A model generated the notes under the pieces. That model was not told where the DNA came from and did not search any database. It saw nothing but the letters and a program-made list of their open reading frames with translations. From Oceanispirochaeta sp. (lineage in GTDB: Bacteria > Spirochaetota > Spirochaetia > DSM-2461): a stretch of DNA of 64,000 nucleotides. The stretch spans positions 1,472,001 to 1,536,000 of the forward strand of contig CAXXOA010000001.1 in NCBI GenBank assembly GCA_963666275.2, in the 5' to 3' direction. A program made the position numbers and the translations under genes. Shown in pieces: positions 1 through 10,679 of this stretch (positions within the stretch are counted from its first letter, which is position 1; each line of letters begins with the position of its first letter).

Positions 1-337
1 AATCACTGAAAATGCAGTGCTTCATATTGACCGATGTGAAAGTGGTATCATTAAAAACAGATTCATCAAAGAAGCACATCTGAAATACCGAATTGTCAAA
101 ACGGCAGTTGATCCACTGGGTATGATGAAAGTAGCAGTCAAAGAAACTCTTATTCCGTAAATCAAGATCTTTGAAGGTAAGACCCGGAGCTTTTATGTCC
201 CTGATCACGTCCTGTTCCTGGAGAAGCCGGGAAAAATGTCCCACGCTGTCCCAGTCCTGATGTTCCCGGCAGAGCCTTGAGGTGGGTTTAACCGGGTTGG
301 TACAGTCCGGATGAGAGCAGATATCCAAATCAAACAT
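1..337 (-). CDS. Pentapeptide-repeat protein with N-terminal Cys/His motif (partial, runs off window start)
   Basis: Manual translation from ATG at 337: MFDLDICSHPDCTNPVKPTSRLCREH...LTFKDLDLRNKSFFDCYFHHTQWINCRFDNSVFQMCFFDESVFNDTTFTSVNMKHCIFSD. Hydrophobic residue every fifth position; no stop before the edge; not in the ORF track. Confidence 0.8.
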   Translation of the reverse strand, partial: MFDLDICSHPDCTNPVKPTSRLCREHQDWDSVGHFSRLLQEQDVIRDIKAPGLTFKDLDLRNKSFFDCYFHHTQWINCRFDNSVFQMCFFDESVFNDTTFTSVNMKHCIFSD

Positions 338-392
338 ACTACATTATGTAATTTATTGCCTTTTTTTTGACAAGGGGGTAATATCCGAAAGT

Positions 393-668
393 ATGTGCAT
401 TTGTTATTTCTGCGGAACTTCCTATGAAGGAAAAGTCTATAAAACCTCACTGTGCGGCAGCTGCGGCAGGGAATTGAAAATCTGCAGAAACTGCCTTCAT
501 TTTGATCCCTCCTCCCACCATGAATGCCGGGAACCCCAGGCTGAATATGTCAAGGACAAGGAACGGGCCAATTTCTGCGATTATTTTACTCCAGGAAAAG
601 GTTCCGGAAAAAAACAGGACGGAAAATCGGACCAGGCGAAGAAGCAGTTTGAGGATCTTTTCTCCTGA
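393..668 (+). CDS. Small Cys-rich hypothetical protein (probable metal binding)
   Basis: 91 aa with CxxC x3 plus HEC and NFCDYF; stop overlaps the murI start. Confidence 0.75.
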   Translation: MCICYFCGTSYEGKVYKTSLCGSCGRELKICRNCLHFDPSSHHECREPQAEYVKDKERANFCDYFTPGKGSGKKQDGKSDQAKKQFEDLFS

Positions 669-1489
669 TGCCTGAATCAATGAGAAAACTTGTTTTCATG
701 GATTCCGGTATCGGCGGAATTCCCTACCTCCGATGGGTAAGGGAGAGAAGGCCCGGCTGGGAGTATATTTATATTGCAGATAATCTTTTCTTTCCCTATG
801 GCGGAAGGAATACGGAAGAACTGACGGCACGTCTTACTGAGCTGACCGGCCAGGTGAATGAACTGTATCAGCCCGATATTGTTGTTCTTGCCTGCAATAC
901 CGCATCTGTAACAGCCCTGAGTCATTTACGAAATACCTTTTCCATGCCCTTTGTAGGTGTTGTTCCTGCTGTGAAACCGGCAACGGAGGGGCATTCCGTC
1001 GGGAAAATAGGGGTTCTGGCCACCCGAGGAACTGTAGAAGGATCCTATCTGAAAGAGCTTATCAGAAAATTTGCCGGTGACCGGGATGTGGTGGATCCCC
1101 TGGCGGCGCCCGATCTTGTCCGATTTGTGGAAAAAGAGTTTATCCATGCCGATGAGGCCGGAATCAGAGGCATTGTCATGCCCTATCTGAGGGAAGCGGA
1201 AAAGAGGGAATGGACCTATATGGTACTGGGGTGCACCCATTTTCTGTTTCTCAGGCCATGGTTTGAAAAGTGGAAACATCCCGGTCTGACCATTGTGGAT
1301 TCCACCGAAGGGGTGGGGAAGCGCATCCTCAGCCTTCTGGAAAAGGACAATATGACAGAAGCGGATGATGAATGCTGCAGGGGAAGAACCCGGTTCCTCC
1401 TGACTGCTCCGAAAGGTGCGGAAGAATATGCGGCCCTGGTACAGAGGGAAAAAATGGAACTGCACTATCTTGAGGAGAAACAGTTATGA
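668..1489 (+). CDS. murI: Glutamate racemase
   Basis: DSGIGG, FPYG, ACNTAS and LGCTHF catalytic motifs; start may be 680. Confidence 0.97.
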   Translation: MPESMRKLVFMDSGIGGIPYLRWVRERRPGWEYIYIADNLFFPYGGRNTEELTARLTELTGQVNELYQPDIVVLACNTASVTALSHLRNTFSMPFVGVVPAVKPATEGHSVGKIGVLATRGTVEGSYLKELIRKFAGDRDVVDPLAAPDLVRFVEKEFIHADEAGIRGIVMPYLREAEKREWTYMVLGCTHFLFLRPWFEKWKHPGLTIVDSTEGVGKRILSLLEKDNMTEADDECCRGRTRFLLTAPKGAEEYAALVQREKMELHYLEEKQL

Positions 1490-2421
1490 GAGGCCTTGTT
1501 TTATGGGGAATCAACAATATTTATTCAGTCAAAGGGGAAGAGGATGACCAGGTCCGGGAGTGCCGGATCAAGGGCAAAGTCCTGGGGGGCGGAAAAAAAA
1601 TGTACAATCCCCTTTCGGCTGGTGATTTCGTTAATTTTGAAGATGTAGAGGGAGAAGAAGGGAAGGGCGTTATTATCTCCCGGGAAGACAGAAGGAATTT
1701 TTTCGGGCGCTATAATAAAAAAGGCCGGGCTCTTCAGACTCTGGCCGTGAATATGGACCGCCTGTACTGCATTGTTTCTCCGGAAGTTCCCCCTTTCCGT
1801 CCGCGCTTTATCGACAGGACACTCATCCTGGCGGAGCAGGGAGGCCTTGACGTTTCTGTTATTCTGAATAAATGCGATCAGACAATCAGCCCCGAGGTTC
1901 TGGCCCGGCTGGATTATTTTGAAGCCATGGGGATCCCCGTTCTCTATACGTCTGCTGAAAACGGAGAAGGTATGGATAAGCTTGTCCTTGAGACTGCGGG
2001 GAAAACTGTAGGATTCGCCGGGCAGTCCGGTGTGGGAAAATCCACAATCATAAACCGGCTGATTCCCGGTGCGGACCAGAAAACAGCGGAAGTTTCCCGG
2101 AAAATGGCCAGAGGACGGCACACGACCAATTTTGCCGTTATGATTCCCTATGATCAGGGGGAGGGGTATATCATTGATACTCCCGGTATCAGGGATCTTC
2201 TCCTCTGGGGGATTGAAAGCAGTGATCTGGATCACTGGTTCCCCGACTTTCTCCCTGTTGTCGATTCCTGCAATTTTTCGGGATGCCGCCATATTCATGA
2301 ACCCGGTTGTGCTGTCAAAGCCTCTGTGGAATCAGGGGAAATCAATGCGGACCGCTATGAGAGCTACATCCGGATGTATGCGGAACTCAGGGAAAACGAA
2401 AGCTGGTATTCCAAAGGATAA
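1486..2421 (+). CDS. rsgA: Ribosome small subunit-dependent GTPase A
   Basis: Circularly permuted GTPase motifs NKCD, GQSGVGKS, GRHTT, DTPG, and C-terminal CxFxxCxHxxEPGC zinc finger. Confidence 0.97.
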   Translation: MRGLVLWGINNIYSVKGEEDDQVRECRIKGKVLGGGKKMYNPLSAGDFVNFEDVEGEEGKGVIISREDRRNFFGRYNKKGRALQTLAVNMDRLYCIVSPEVPPFRPRFIDRTLILAEQGGLDVSVILNKCDQTISPEVLARLDYFEAMGIPVLYTSAENGEGMDKLVLETAGKTVGFAGQSGVGKSTIINRLIPGADQKTAEVSRKMARGRHTTNFAVMIPYDQGEGYIIDTPGIRDLLLWGIESSDLDHWFPDFLPVVDSCNFSGCRHIHEPGCAVKASVESGEINADRYESYIRMYAELRENESWYSKG

Positions 2422-2428
2422 TCCTACC

Positions 2429-2452
2429 GGGAGTGCTGTATAACTCCCTTTT
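2429..2452 (+). terminator. Possible weak intrinsic terminator after rsgA
   Basis: GGGAGT-gctgtata-ACTCCC followed by TTTT. Confidence 0.4.
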
Positions 2453-2530
2453 GGCTTCCCACGCTGTCCGCTGGGGAAATACGATTGCTGTTGTTCTTTA
2501 AAATATGATATATATAGGCAAAGGACATAT

Positions 2531-3148
2531 ATGAGATTCAATATTCCACTATCTCTCTCATGCCTGTTTTTACTGGTACTCCTCTCTTCATGCCTGACCC
2601 TGGAGGCTGATCTGAACCTCCGGCAGGACGGAGGAGGGACCCTTTTTCTTGACTATACTCTTGATAAAAAGTTTACGGGAATCCGGAAGGACGGGAGTCC
2701 ATACGGAACCCTTGTCTCTCTTCCTGTGAGCCAGCAGCTTTTTTCCGACAGAGCCGCCGCCCAGGACGGCATGAGTCTGACGAGTCTGAGCGGGGAGGAG
2801 GATTCTGAAACCGTATCTCTTACGGCGGATCTGAATTTCACATCCCTTCTTACCCTCCGCGGTATAACGGGAATTCCCATGGAACTGGAGCAGAATGCCA
2901 ATCTCACAACGCTGAGAATCATATTTCTTCAGCAGGAGCAGAGAGTACCGGCTGAATCGTTAAGACTTCTCGACACGTCTCTTCTGGACAACACAATCGA
3001 CATACGCATAGAAGTTCCGGGGCTGATCCGTTCCAGTACACTGGGGGGAGTGGCCGTGGATAACCGGAGTGTCCGCTATACCGGCCGTATTGATGAGCTT
3101 TTTACGGGGAATGAGTTCGTCTGGGAACTGGAGTGGCTGAACCGATGA
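2531..3148 (+). CDS. Hypothetical lipoprotein
   Basis: Hydrophobic signal ending LLSSC (lipobox-like); SD AAGGA upstream; beta-rich mature part. Confidence 0.7.
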   Translation: MRFNIPLSLSCLFLLVLLSSCLTLEADLNLRQDGGGTLFLDYTLDKKFTGIRKDGSPYGTLVSLPVSQQLFSDRAAAQDGMSLTSLSGEEDSETVSLTADLNFTSLLTLRGITGIPMELEQNANLTTLRIIFLQQEQRVPAESLRLLDTSLLDNTIDIRIEVPGLIRSSTLGGVAVDNRSVRYTGRIDELFTGNEFVWELEWLNR

Positions 3149-3543
3149 AGCATTATAAGCTGAGAGAGTGGGAACGGAAGCTTAAGAAAATCTGTGATGA
3201 AGCGGATTCCCGGCTGGAAGACCGGTTCGGAAAAATGTACAGGCTCAGGACTAACAGACCCGAAAGAGGGGAAACGGAAAATCCCGAAATGGACGGTCTC
3301 TTTAATGTTCAGGCTGTATTTACACCAGGGTACAGATCAGAAAAAGGGCGGGGATATCTTGTTGAGGTTGAAATATCCACTTATGATAATGTCAGTACCC
3401 TTGTTCATCAGGAGATACGCGATCTTGTCCTTTCTGTGTTTCAGGAGCTCCTTCCCCGGGAATTCCCGGAAAGAAAACTTGAAATAGGTCTGGATGGGAA
3501 TATGATTAAAATATGGGGAGATCTGAGTCTGGGATTATTATAA
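3145..3543 (+). CDS. Hypothetical protein
   Basis: ATGA overlap with the upstream stop; 132 aa with natural composition (LRTNRPERGETENPEMDGLF, FTPGYRSEKGRGY). Confidence 0.75.
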   Translation: MKHYKLREWERKLKKICDEADSRLEDRFGKMYRLRTNRPERGETENPEMDGLFNVQAVFTPGYRSEKGRGYLVEVEISTYDNVSTLVHQEIRDLVLSVFQELLPREFPERKLEIGLDGNMIKIWGDLSLGLL

Positions 3544-3604
3544 AATCTTTGAATATTTAATTTTTTTCCTGTAGAGTGTATTTTAATGACAAAGGGGGAC
3601 GGCT

Positions 3605-3955
3605 GTGTCAGATAAAAGGAAACTGTTTTTAAAAATTCTCAAAGTGGAATTGGAGGAAACAGAGAGCGATATCAGTGTTTTGATGAAAATAGCTCATGAG
3701 CGCTATGCAAAAGGAGAAATCACTCACTATGTTGAGCAGGAGAATGATGCCTTCCTCCATCATGAGATCTCCTGTATTAATAAGCTCATACCGGCTATCG
3801 ATTCATTTTCTACAGAAGGCTACGAAGATGAAGAGGCATTTGTTTCTGGTTTAAAAGTCTTTCTGAAAAGTTTTGTTAAGGAAAATCAGTTTCCTCAAGC
3901 CATTTTTCTTTTAGCGGAACATAAAATTCAGAAAGTTGTTAAATATATCTTTTAA
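3605..3955 (+). CDS. Hypothetical helical protein immediately upstream of the V-ATPase genes
   Basis: GTG start with G-rich SD; ends 15 nt before subunit E. Confidence 0.7.
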   Translation: MSDKRKLFLKILKVELEETESDISVLMKIAHERYAKGEITHYVEQENDAFLHHEISCINKLIPAIDSFSTEGYEDEEAFVSGLKVFLKSFVKENQFPQAIFLLAEHKIQKVVKYIF

Positions 3956-3970
3956 AGAGGGTGAAGTCGC

Positions 3971-4570
3971 ATGGATGTTCAAGTAAAGGAACTTATTGAG
4001 AAAATCAAGAATGACGGCGTGAAAAGTGCTGAAGAATCAGCTGCCGTTATTATCAGCGATGCAGAAAAGAAAGCGGCTGCATTGGTGGACAAGGCAGAAA
4101 AAGAAGCTGCCGAAATCAAATCCCAGGCTCAGAATGAAGCCTCCAGAATGGAGCAGGCCGGGAAAGAGGCGCTCAAGCAGGCCGGAAGGGATCTGCTTCT
4201 GGGTGTAAGAAAAGATGTGGAATCTCTTTTCGACAGACTTCTGAAGGATGATACAGCTGAAACCCTTAAAGGGGACTGTCTGAAAGAGTGTGTTGTCTCC
4301 ATAATGAAATCCTGGAGCTCCGAAGAAGTCAAAGACCTTACCGTTCTTGTTCCCGAAAAACAGTTGAAAGACCTGGAAGGGAACCTGAAGAAGGAACTGA
4401 AAGCGGAGATTGAAAAAGGTCTGGAAATCAAACCTTTTAACGATATTGAAGCCGGTTTCAGAATCTCTTCCAAAGACGGAAGAGCATTTTATGATTTTTC
4501 AGATGAAGAGCTGATGACGATGCTTTCCAAGTATCTGAATCCGGGACTCATGGCGATTCTTGAAAAATAA
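3971..4570 (+). CDS. ntpE: V/A-type ATP synthase subunit E
   Basis: LIEKIKNDGV N-terminal coiled coil, AGFRI...YDFSDE C-terminus; operon position. Confidence 0.92.
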   Translation: MDVQVKELIEKIKNDGVKSAEESAAVIISDAEKKAAALVDKAEKEAAEIKSQAQNEASRMEQAGKEALKQAGRDLLLGVRKDVESLFDRLLKDDTAETLKGDCLKECVVSIMKSWSSEEVKDLTVLVPEKQLKDLEGNLKKELKAEIEKGLEIKPFNDIEAGFRISSKDGRAFYDFSDEELMTMLSKYLNPGLMAILEK

Positions 4571-4582
4571 AAGGAGTCAATT

Positions 4583-5146
4583 TTGAGTCAGTTTTACTAT
4601 ACTGTCGCATCATTGCCCATGCTGTCCTATGACATTCCTCCGGGAATCAGTTTTTCAGACTTTCTGGAAGACTGCCGGAAATGGCTGAAACCCTCAGAAT
4701 GGGAGATCCTTTCCGCGGCCACACTGGAGCCGTCTGCAGATGAGGCAATTGCCCTGGAAGTGGGAGAGGAATTCCGGAAATGGGAAATCAGTCTGAGGAA
4801 TGACCTTGTACATCTCAGAGCTGCCGCTATGGGATTGGAGTCAGAACAGTTTCTGGTAAAAAGTGATAGGTATTCCGATACAGCCGCCCTGGCTGCTCAT
4901 GCTTTCAAACAGGAATCCCCTCTGGATGCGGAAGACGCTCTGGGTCGGGGGCGCTGGCACTTTCTGGAGAATTTGAAAGTCGGACACTTTTTTGATTTGG
5001 ATTATCTGGTTCTGTATGCACTGCAGCTCCAGATCCTTGAAAGGAAAAGCTGTTTTGTCGAGGAAACCGGATATACCCGCTATCAGGAAATATACCAGAA
5101 TATCCTGAATCAGCTGGATGATGATGCTGTTGGAGTTGAAGAATGA
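4583..5146 (+). CDS. DUF2764-type protein, probable V-ATPase subunit C analogue
   Basis: YYTVASLP N-terminus, LRNDLVHLRA, HFFDLDYLVLY; lies between E and A. Confidence 0.8.
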   Translation: MSQFYYTVASLPMLSYDIPPGISFSDFLEDCRKWLKPSEWEILSAATLEPSADEAIALEVGEEFRKWEISLRNDLVHLRAAAMGLESEQFLVKSDRYSDTAALAAHAFKQESPLDAEDALGRGRWHFLENLKVGHFFDLDYLVLYALQLQILERKSCFVEETGYTRYQEIYQNILNQLDDDAVGVEE

Positions 5147-6906
5147 AGAGTACTGGAAAGGTAGTCGGTGTCAACGGTAACATGGTAACCGTTGAAGTTA
5201 CCGGTGATGTTAAATTGAATGAAGTCGGTTACATTGTAACCGGAGGAAAAAAACTGAAATCCGAAGTTATCCGAATAAACGGAGACAGGATTCAGATGCA
5301 GGTTTTTGAAATAACCAAGGGTGTGGGAATCGGAGATCCCGTAGAATTCTCCTCTGAACTTCTGGCTGTCGAGCTGGGCCCGGGTCTGCTGGGACAGGTT
5401 TACGACGGGCTTCAGAACCCGCTGCCCGAACTGGCCGAAGAGGCCGGACATTTCCTTGAAAGAGGATTTTATCTTGATCCTCTCTCTAAAGAAAAAAAAT
5501 GGGATTTTACCCCTACTGTTGAAGCAGGCGCTCAGGTGGTAAAAGCGGATAAACTGGGAGAAGTTCCCGAAAGTGCCTTTGTTCATAACATTATGGTTCC
5601 TTTCGGAATGCTTGATACCTATACTGTCAAATCCATCAAGCCTGCCGGATCCTATGCCATTACAGAAACTATTGCGGAGCTGGAAGACTCCCGGGGAAAT
5701 ATCACTCCCGTCACCATGTCTTTCGAATGGCCCGTTAAAAAAGCCGTGACCTGTTATGCCGAAAGGCTTAAACCCGTGGATCCCATGGTGACCCAGGTAC
5801 GTCTGATTGATACCTTCCTTCCCGTTGCCAAAGGGGGAACCTACTGTATTCCCGGTCCTTTCGGTGCGGGAAAGACTGTTCTGCAGCAGATTACATCCCG
5901 TCATGCCGACGTGGATATCGTAATTGTTGCCGCCTGTGGGGAACGGGCCGGTGAGGTTGTGGAAACCCTGAAAGAGTTTCCCGAACTGATTGACCCCAAA
6001 ACAGGCAAATCCCTGATGGAAAGAACTATCATTATCTGTAATACCTCCTCCATGCCTGTCGCCTCCAGAGAGGCCTCTGTATACACAGCGGTAACCCTGG
6101 CGGAATACTACAGGCAGATGGGGCTGGATGTTCTCCTTCTGGCAGACTCCACATCCCGTTGGGCTCAGGCCATGAGAGAAATGTCCGGTCGTCTGGAAGA
6201 GATCCCCGGTGAAGAAGCCTTCCCCGCCTATCTGGAATCCACCATTGCCGGTTTCTATGAAAGAGCCGGTATCGTCAGGCTGAGAGACGGCCGTAAGGGG
6301 TCTGTTACCATCGGTGGTACCGTATCTCCCGCGGGAGGTAACTTTGAGGAACCTGTGACCCAGGCGACTCTGAAAGTAGTAGGTGCCTTCCACGGTCTCT
6401 CCAGAGAGCGTTCGGATGCCCGTAAATATCCGGCTATCCACCCGATCGATTCCTGGAGCAAATACAGCGGAATTATTGATCCCGAACAGACAAAGTATGC
6501 CTATGGTATTCTGTTCCGGGCCAATGAAATTGAATCAATGATGAAGGTTGTCGGTGAAGAAGGTACGTCTCTGCAGGACTTTATCCTCTTTCAGAAAGGA
6601 GAGCTCCTGGATGCCACCTACTTCCAGCAGAACTCTTTCGATCCTGTGGATGCGGCGGTTTCTCCGGAAAGACAGAAGTATGTGTTTAACCTTATGATGG
6701 AAGTTCTGACAGCGGAACTCGATCTGAGCAGCAAAGAGGAAGCCCGTAACTGGTTCAACCAGCTCAGACAGATTGTTCTGGACTTTAACGGTTCCGAATG
6801 GAAGAGTGATGCCTTTGTCAAACTGGAAGATCAGCTGAAAAAGACAGTTGCCGAGAAAAAGATCCGGGTGGATGAAAACGCCGCTGCCCTGGTGGAAAAT
6901 AACTGA
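5143..6906 (+). CDS. ntpA: V/A-type ATP synthase subunit A
   Basis: GPFGAGKT P-loop, [28 protein letters not shown]. Confidence 0.98.
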   Translation: MKSTGKVVGVNGNMVTVEVTGDVKLNEVGYIVTGGKKLKSEVIRINGDRIQMQVFEITKGVGIGDPVEFSSELLAVELGPGLLGQVYDGLQNPLPELAEEAGHFLERGFYLDPLSKEKKWDFTPTVEAGAQVVKADKLGEVPESAFVHNIMVPFGMLDTYTVKSIKPAGSYAITETIAELEDSRGNITPVTMSFEWPVKKAVTCYAERLKPVDPMVTQVRLIDTFLPVAKGGTYCIPGPFGAGKTVLQQITSRHADVDIVIVAACGERAGEVVETLKEFPELIDPKTGKSLMERTIIICNTSSMPVASREASVYTAVTLAEYYRQMGLDVLLLADSTSRWAQAMREMSGRLEEIPGEEAFPAYLESTIAGFYERAGIVRLRDGRKGSVTIGGTVSPAGGNFEEPVTQATLKVVGAFHGLSRERSDARKYPAIHPIDSWSKYSGIIDPEQTKYAYGILFRANEIESMMKVVGEEGTSLQDFILFQKGELLDATYFQQNSFDPVDAAVSPERQKYVFNLMMEVLTAELDLSSKEEARNWFNQLRQIVLDFNGSEWKSDAFVKLEDQLKKTVAEKKIRVDENAAALVENN

Positions 6907-6914
6907 GGTTAAAT

Positions 6915-8213
6915 ATGAGAAAAGTTTACAGCAAAATTGATTCAATCGTTGGAAACGTCATCACAGTTAAGGCCGATGGGGTCCGGTACGGAGATCTGGC
7001 GGAAATCCAGACATCCTTCGGAGACTCTCTGGCAGAGGTTATCAAGCTGGATGACGAGAATGTTTCCCTTCAGGTTTTTGCCGGAGGTAGGGGTATCTCC
7101 ACCGGTGATGAAGTCCGGTTTCTGGGACATCCCATGCAGGTTTCCTTCTCTGACAATCTTATGGGACGGATCTTCAACGGTTCAGGAGAACCCAGAGATA
7201 ACGGTCCTACCCTGAATGAAAATATGATTCCCATCGGAGGCCCCTCCTTCAACCCGGCCAACAGGATCATTCCCAAGAATATGATCCGAACCGGTATTCC
7301 CATGATCGACCTTTTCAACACCCTTGTGGAATCCCAGAAGCTGCCGATCTTTTCGGCCTCCGGTGAGCCCTACAATGAGCTGCTGGCGCGGATCGCCATG
7401 CAGGCGGAAGTAGATATGATCATCCTGGGCGGTATGGGACTTAAATATGATGACTACCTCTTTTTCAGGGATACCCTGGAGGAAGGCGGCGCTCTGAGCC
7501 GTACCATCATGTTTATCCATACAGCCGCCGACCCGGTGGTAGAGTGTCTGATGGTTCCCGATGTGTCTCTGGCAGTGGCTGAAAAATTTGCCCTTCAGGG
7601 TAAAAAGGTTCTTGTTCTTCTGACAGACATGACCAACTTCGCCGATGCCATGAAAGAGATCGCTATTACTCAGGAACAGGTTCCCTCCAACCGGGGTTAT
7701 CCCGGAGACCTCTACTCCCAGCTGGCCTCCCGGTATGAAAAAGCCGTTGATATCGAAGGATCCGGATCCATTACCATCCTGGGTGTTACCACAATGCCCG
7801 GTGACGATGTAACCCATCCGGTTCCTGATAACACAGGATATATCACAGAGGGGCAGTACTATCTGAAAAATGCCAGAATCGAGCCTTTCGGTTCTCTCTC
7901 CCGTCTGAAACAGCAGGTGAATGACAAAACCAGAGAGGACCACAGAGCCCTGATGGACGGTATGATCAAACTCTATGCCTCCTATAAGGAGTCTGTAGAG
8001 AAACAGTCCATGGGTTTCAATATGTCCGACTGGGATACCAAGCTCCTCAAATACGGAGCCGCCTTTGAGAAACAGATGATGGACCTTTCCGTGAATATCC
8101 CTCTGGAAAAAGCCCTGGATCAGGGTTGGCAGATCCTTTCAGACTGTTTCAATAGAGAAGAAACCGGGTTGAAAACCTCATTGATCGAGAAGTTCTGGCC
8201 TGTAGAGGGTTAA
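6915..8213 (+). CDS. ntpB: V/A-type ATP synthase subunit B
   Basis: [34 protein letters not shown]. Confidence 0.98.
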   Translation: MRKVYSKIDSIVGNVITVKADGVRYGDLAEIQTSFGDSLAEVIKLDDENVSLQVFAGGRGISTGDEVRFLGHPMQVSFSDNLMGRIFNGSGEPRDNGPTLNENMIPIGGPSFNPANRIIPKNMIRTGIPMIDLFNTLVESQKLPIFSASGEPYNELLARIAMQAEVDMIILGGMGLKYDDYLFFRDTLEEGGALSRTIMFIHTAADPVVECLMVPDVSLAVAEKFALQGKKVLVLLTDMTNFADAMKEIAITQEQVPSNRGYPGDLYSQLASRYEKAVDIEGSGSITILGVTTMPGDDVTHPVPDNTGYITEGQYYLKNARIEPFGSLSRLKQQVNDKTREDHRALMDGMIKLYASYKESVEKQSMGFNMSDWDTKLLKYGAAFEKQMMDLSVNIPLEKALDQGWQILSDCFNREETGLKTSLIEKFWPVEG

Positions 8214-8216
8214 GCA

Positions 8217-8816
8217 ATGGCAAAAATTAAACTGACGAAGAATGAGCAGAAAAAGCAGAAAGACGCATTGAAAATGTACACAAGGTATCTGCCGACTCTC
8301 ATTCTGAAAAAACAGCAGCTCCAGATAGAGATCCGCAATGTAGAACTGCGGGAAGCTGAAGTTCGTCGGAAACAGGAAGCACTGAACCGGGAATTCCGTA
8401 AATGGATCGGAGTTTTCGGTGAGGATGTAGGTTTGGATGAAGCCCTTTTACGGGTCAAATATGTCTCTACCGATACCGGCAATATCGCCGGTGTGGAGAT
8501 TCCCGTTTTCAAAGGGGCCGAATTCTATCCCGTTTCCTACAATCTGTTTGAGATGCCTCTGTGGGTGGACAAAGCCGCAGAGAAACTGAAACAGATTATT
8601 CTGCTGGATCTGGAGTTTAAAGTATTGGAGGAACAGATAAAGAGACTGAGCCGTGAGCTCAGGACCACTACACAGCGTGTAAATCTGTTCGAAAAGGTAA
8701 AAATACCTGAAACCAAAGCAAATATCAAAAAGATTGCCGTGTATCTCGGTGATCAGCAGACCGCAGCGGTTGTCAGGGGAAAAATGGCCAAGAAAAAACT
8801 GGTGAAGGTGTCCTGA
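8217..8816 (+). CDS. ntpD: V/A-type ATP synthase subunit D
   Basis: LTKNE, LPTLILKK, TTQRVNLFEKVKIP. Confidence 0.96.
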   Translation: MAKIKLTKNEQKKQKDALKMYTRYLPTLILKKQQLQIEIRNVELREAEVRRKQEALNREFRKWIGVFGEDVGLDEALLRVKYVSTDTGNIAGVEIPVFKGAEFYPVSYNLFEMPLWVDKAAEKLKQIILLDLEFKVLEEQIKRLSRELRTTTQRVNLFEKVKIPETKANIKKIAVYLGDQQTAAVVRGKMAKKKLVKVS

Positions 8817-8817
8817 T

Positions 8818-10626
8818 ATGATAGTGAAAATGCGTAAAGTTTCCTTTATCTTTCTGGATTCCGAAAAAGATACGGCCCTGGAAAAGATACGGAATGCCGG
8901 GGTGGTCCACCTGGAAAGGACACCCGGTTCCAGTGAAACTCTTTCCACTCTGATTGCGGAAAAGGACAAGGTCCAGAGAGCCCTGGGGCGTCTGGATCAG
9001 AAAGCCAGGAAAGATTCTGTCTCCTATTCGCGGGAAACCGCCTGGGAGATGACAGAGAAAATCCTGGATGTTCTTGAGAGCATAAAAGAGACGGAAGACC
9101 GGATCAATCTTATCAAAGATGATCTGATCTGGTGGGAGCCCTGGGGGGATTTTGATCCTTCCGAGGTCGCCATTCTGGGAAGCAAAGGTGTATCGCTCCA
9201 TTTCTATGAGGCGACGAAAGCGGAATGGCAGGAGTTTGCAGAGGACAGCCGCTCTTTTGTGGTGTCTTCAGAAAAAAATACGGTTTACGGTATAGTCGTT
9301 GTGGCTGATGGAGAGGAGGCGCCTTCTGCGGACAGTGTCAAACTCCCCGAATACGGGGTGAGCGAACTGAATAAGCAGAAGCTGCATCTGGAAGAGAAGC
9401 TCAAAGGGCTGTATGAAGTACTGGATCAGTTCAGCGGTCAGCGGGAGATGCTTGAAAAGCTTCTTCAGGCTGTAGAGTCTGATCTGGAGTATCATGAAGT
9501 CAGAACCGGTCTGGGAAATGAAGAAATCCTGGATTATTTCACAGGTTTCATGCCTGCCAGGGATCAGGAGAAAATCCAGTCCCTTGCGTCCGAAAACGGC
9601 TGGGCTGTGATGTTCAGCGAACCCACGGAAGAAGACCGGGTTCCTTCGCTTGTTGAAAATAACAGGGTTGTGACGACCATCAAGCCTCTGTTTAACATTC
9701 TGGAGGTTCTTCCCGGGTATAGAGAGATGGATATCAGTCTGGATTTTCTGATCTCATTTACTCTGTTCTTTGCCATCCTTATCGGTGATGCCGGTTATGG
9801 TTCTCTCTTTCTTCTGATCACACTCTTTGTGAGGCTCAAATCGAAGAAGGGAGGTCCCGGATTCAACCTGATGTACCTGCTCAGTGCAGCGGCCATCGGG
9901 TGGGGTGTTATCACTGGTAACTGGTTCGGTTCTGTTTCTCTGGGTAACTGGGCGCCTCTCAAGGGGCTTGTTATTCCGCAGATTGCAGCCTTTCCGGAAC
10001 TGTTCGACGGCAATATTGACAGCAGCAATACGATCAAGTATCTCTGTTTTATTATCGGTACAGTCCAGTTGTGCATTGCCAGGCTGAAGAATTTTATATT
10101 CAAAATGCCTTCGCTGGTGGCATTCGAACAGCTCGGTTGGCTTATGATGCTGATTGGTATCTACCACATTGTTCTGTTTCTGGTTCTGGCTATCGGGCCG
10201 ATCCCGCCTTATGCGCTGAATCTGATCGGAGCGGGACTGATTGTGATCATCCTCTTCAGCAAACAGGAGAAGGGTGTCAATTTCTTCAAAGGCGTACTGA
10301 GAGGATTGAATCCCATAGGACTGTTCACCCTGTTCCTGGACTCCATAAGTCTTCTGTCGGATATCATTTCCTACATTAGACTCTTTGCTGTCGGTCTGGC
10401 GGCTCTGGCAATTGCCATAAGTTTCAATGCCATGGCTGCTCCGATGATGCACGGTCCGGCAATGATCGGCGGAATCCTGATTCTGCTGCTCGGTCATAGT
10501 CTGAATATCATTATGGGAGCCCTGGCTCTGATCGTTCATGGCGTCAGGCTCAATATGCTGGAATATTCCGGCCATCTCGATATGGAATGGTCCGGTATAA
10601 AATATGCGCCTTTTAAAAAAGGCTGA
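8818..10626 (+). CDS. ntpI: V/A-type ATP synthase subunit I (a)
   Basis: PGYRE, GDAGYG, SYIRLFAVGLA (essential Arg), HGVRLNMLE. Confidence 0.96.
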   Translation: MIVKMRKVSFIFLDSEKDTALEKIRNAGVVHLERTPGSSETLSTLIAEKDKVQRALGRLDQKARKDSVSYSRETAWEMTEKILDVLESIKETEDRINLIKDDLIWWEPWGDFDPSEVAILGSKGVSLHFYEATKAEWQEFAEDSRSFVVSSEKNTVYGIVVVADGEEAPSADSVKLPEYGVSELNKQKLHLEEKLKGLYEVLDQFSGQREMLEKLLQAVESDLEYHEVRTGLGNEEILDYFTGFMPARDQEKIQSLASENGWAVMFSEPTEEDRVPSLVENNRVVTTIKPLFNILEVLPGYREMDISLDFLISFTLFFAILIGDAGYGSLFLLITLFVRLKSKKGGPGFNLMYLLSAAAIGWGVITGNWFGSVSLGNWAPLKGLVIPQIAAFPELFDGNIDSSNTIKYLCFIIGTVQLCIARLKNFIFKMPSLVAFEQLGWLMMLIGIYHIVLFLVLAIGPIPPYALNLIGAGLIVIILFSKQEKGVNFFKGVLRGLNPIGLFTLFLDSISLLSDIISYIRLFAVGLAALAIAISFNAMAAPMMHGPAMIGGILILLLGHSLNIIMGALALIVHGVRLNMLEYSGHLDMEWSGIKYAPFKKG

Positions 10627-10679
10627 AAACTTAAATTGAATTTTGAAGTTTGAAAAGAACTGAATTGAAGGAGATAGAA

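Noticed and set aside
2422..2530. Structured rsgA downstream region as SRP RNA or riboswitch
   Set aside because: Only two short hairpins; no SRP domain IV or recognisable aptamer consensus.
5110..6441. 443-aa minus-strand ORF and similar long antisense ORFs (17982-19130, 9754-10857, 37947-38939, 53791-54744)
   Set aside because: They lie opposite well-conserved genes and have no motifs; codon-bias shadows.
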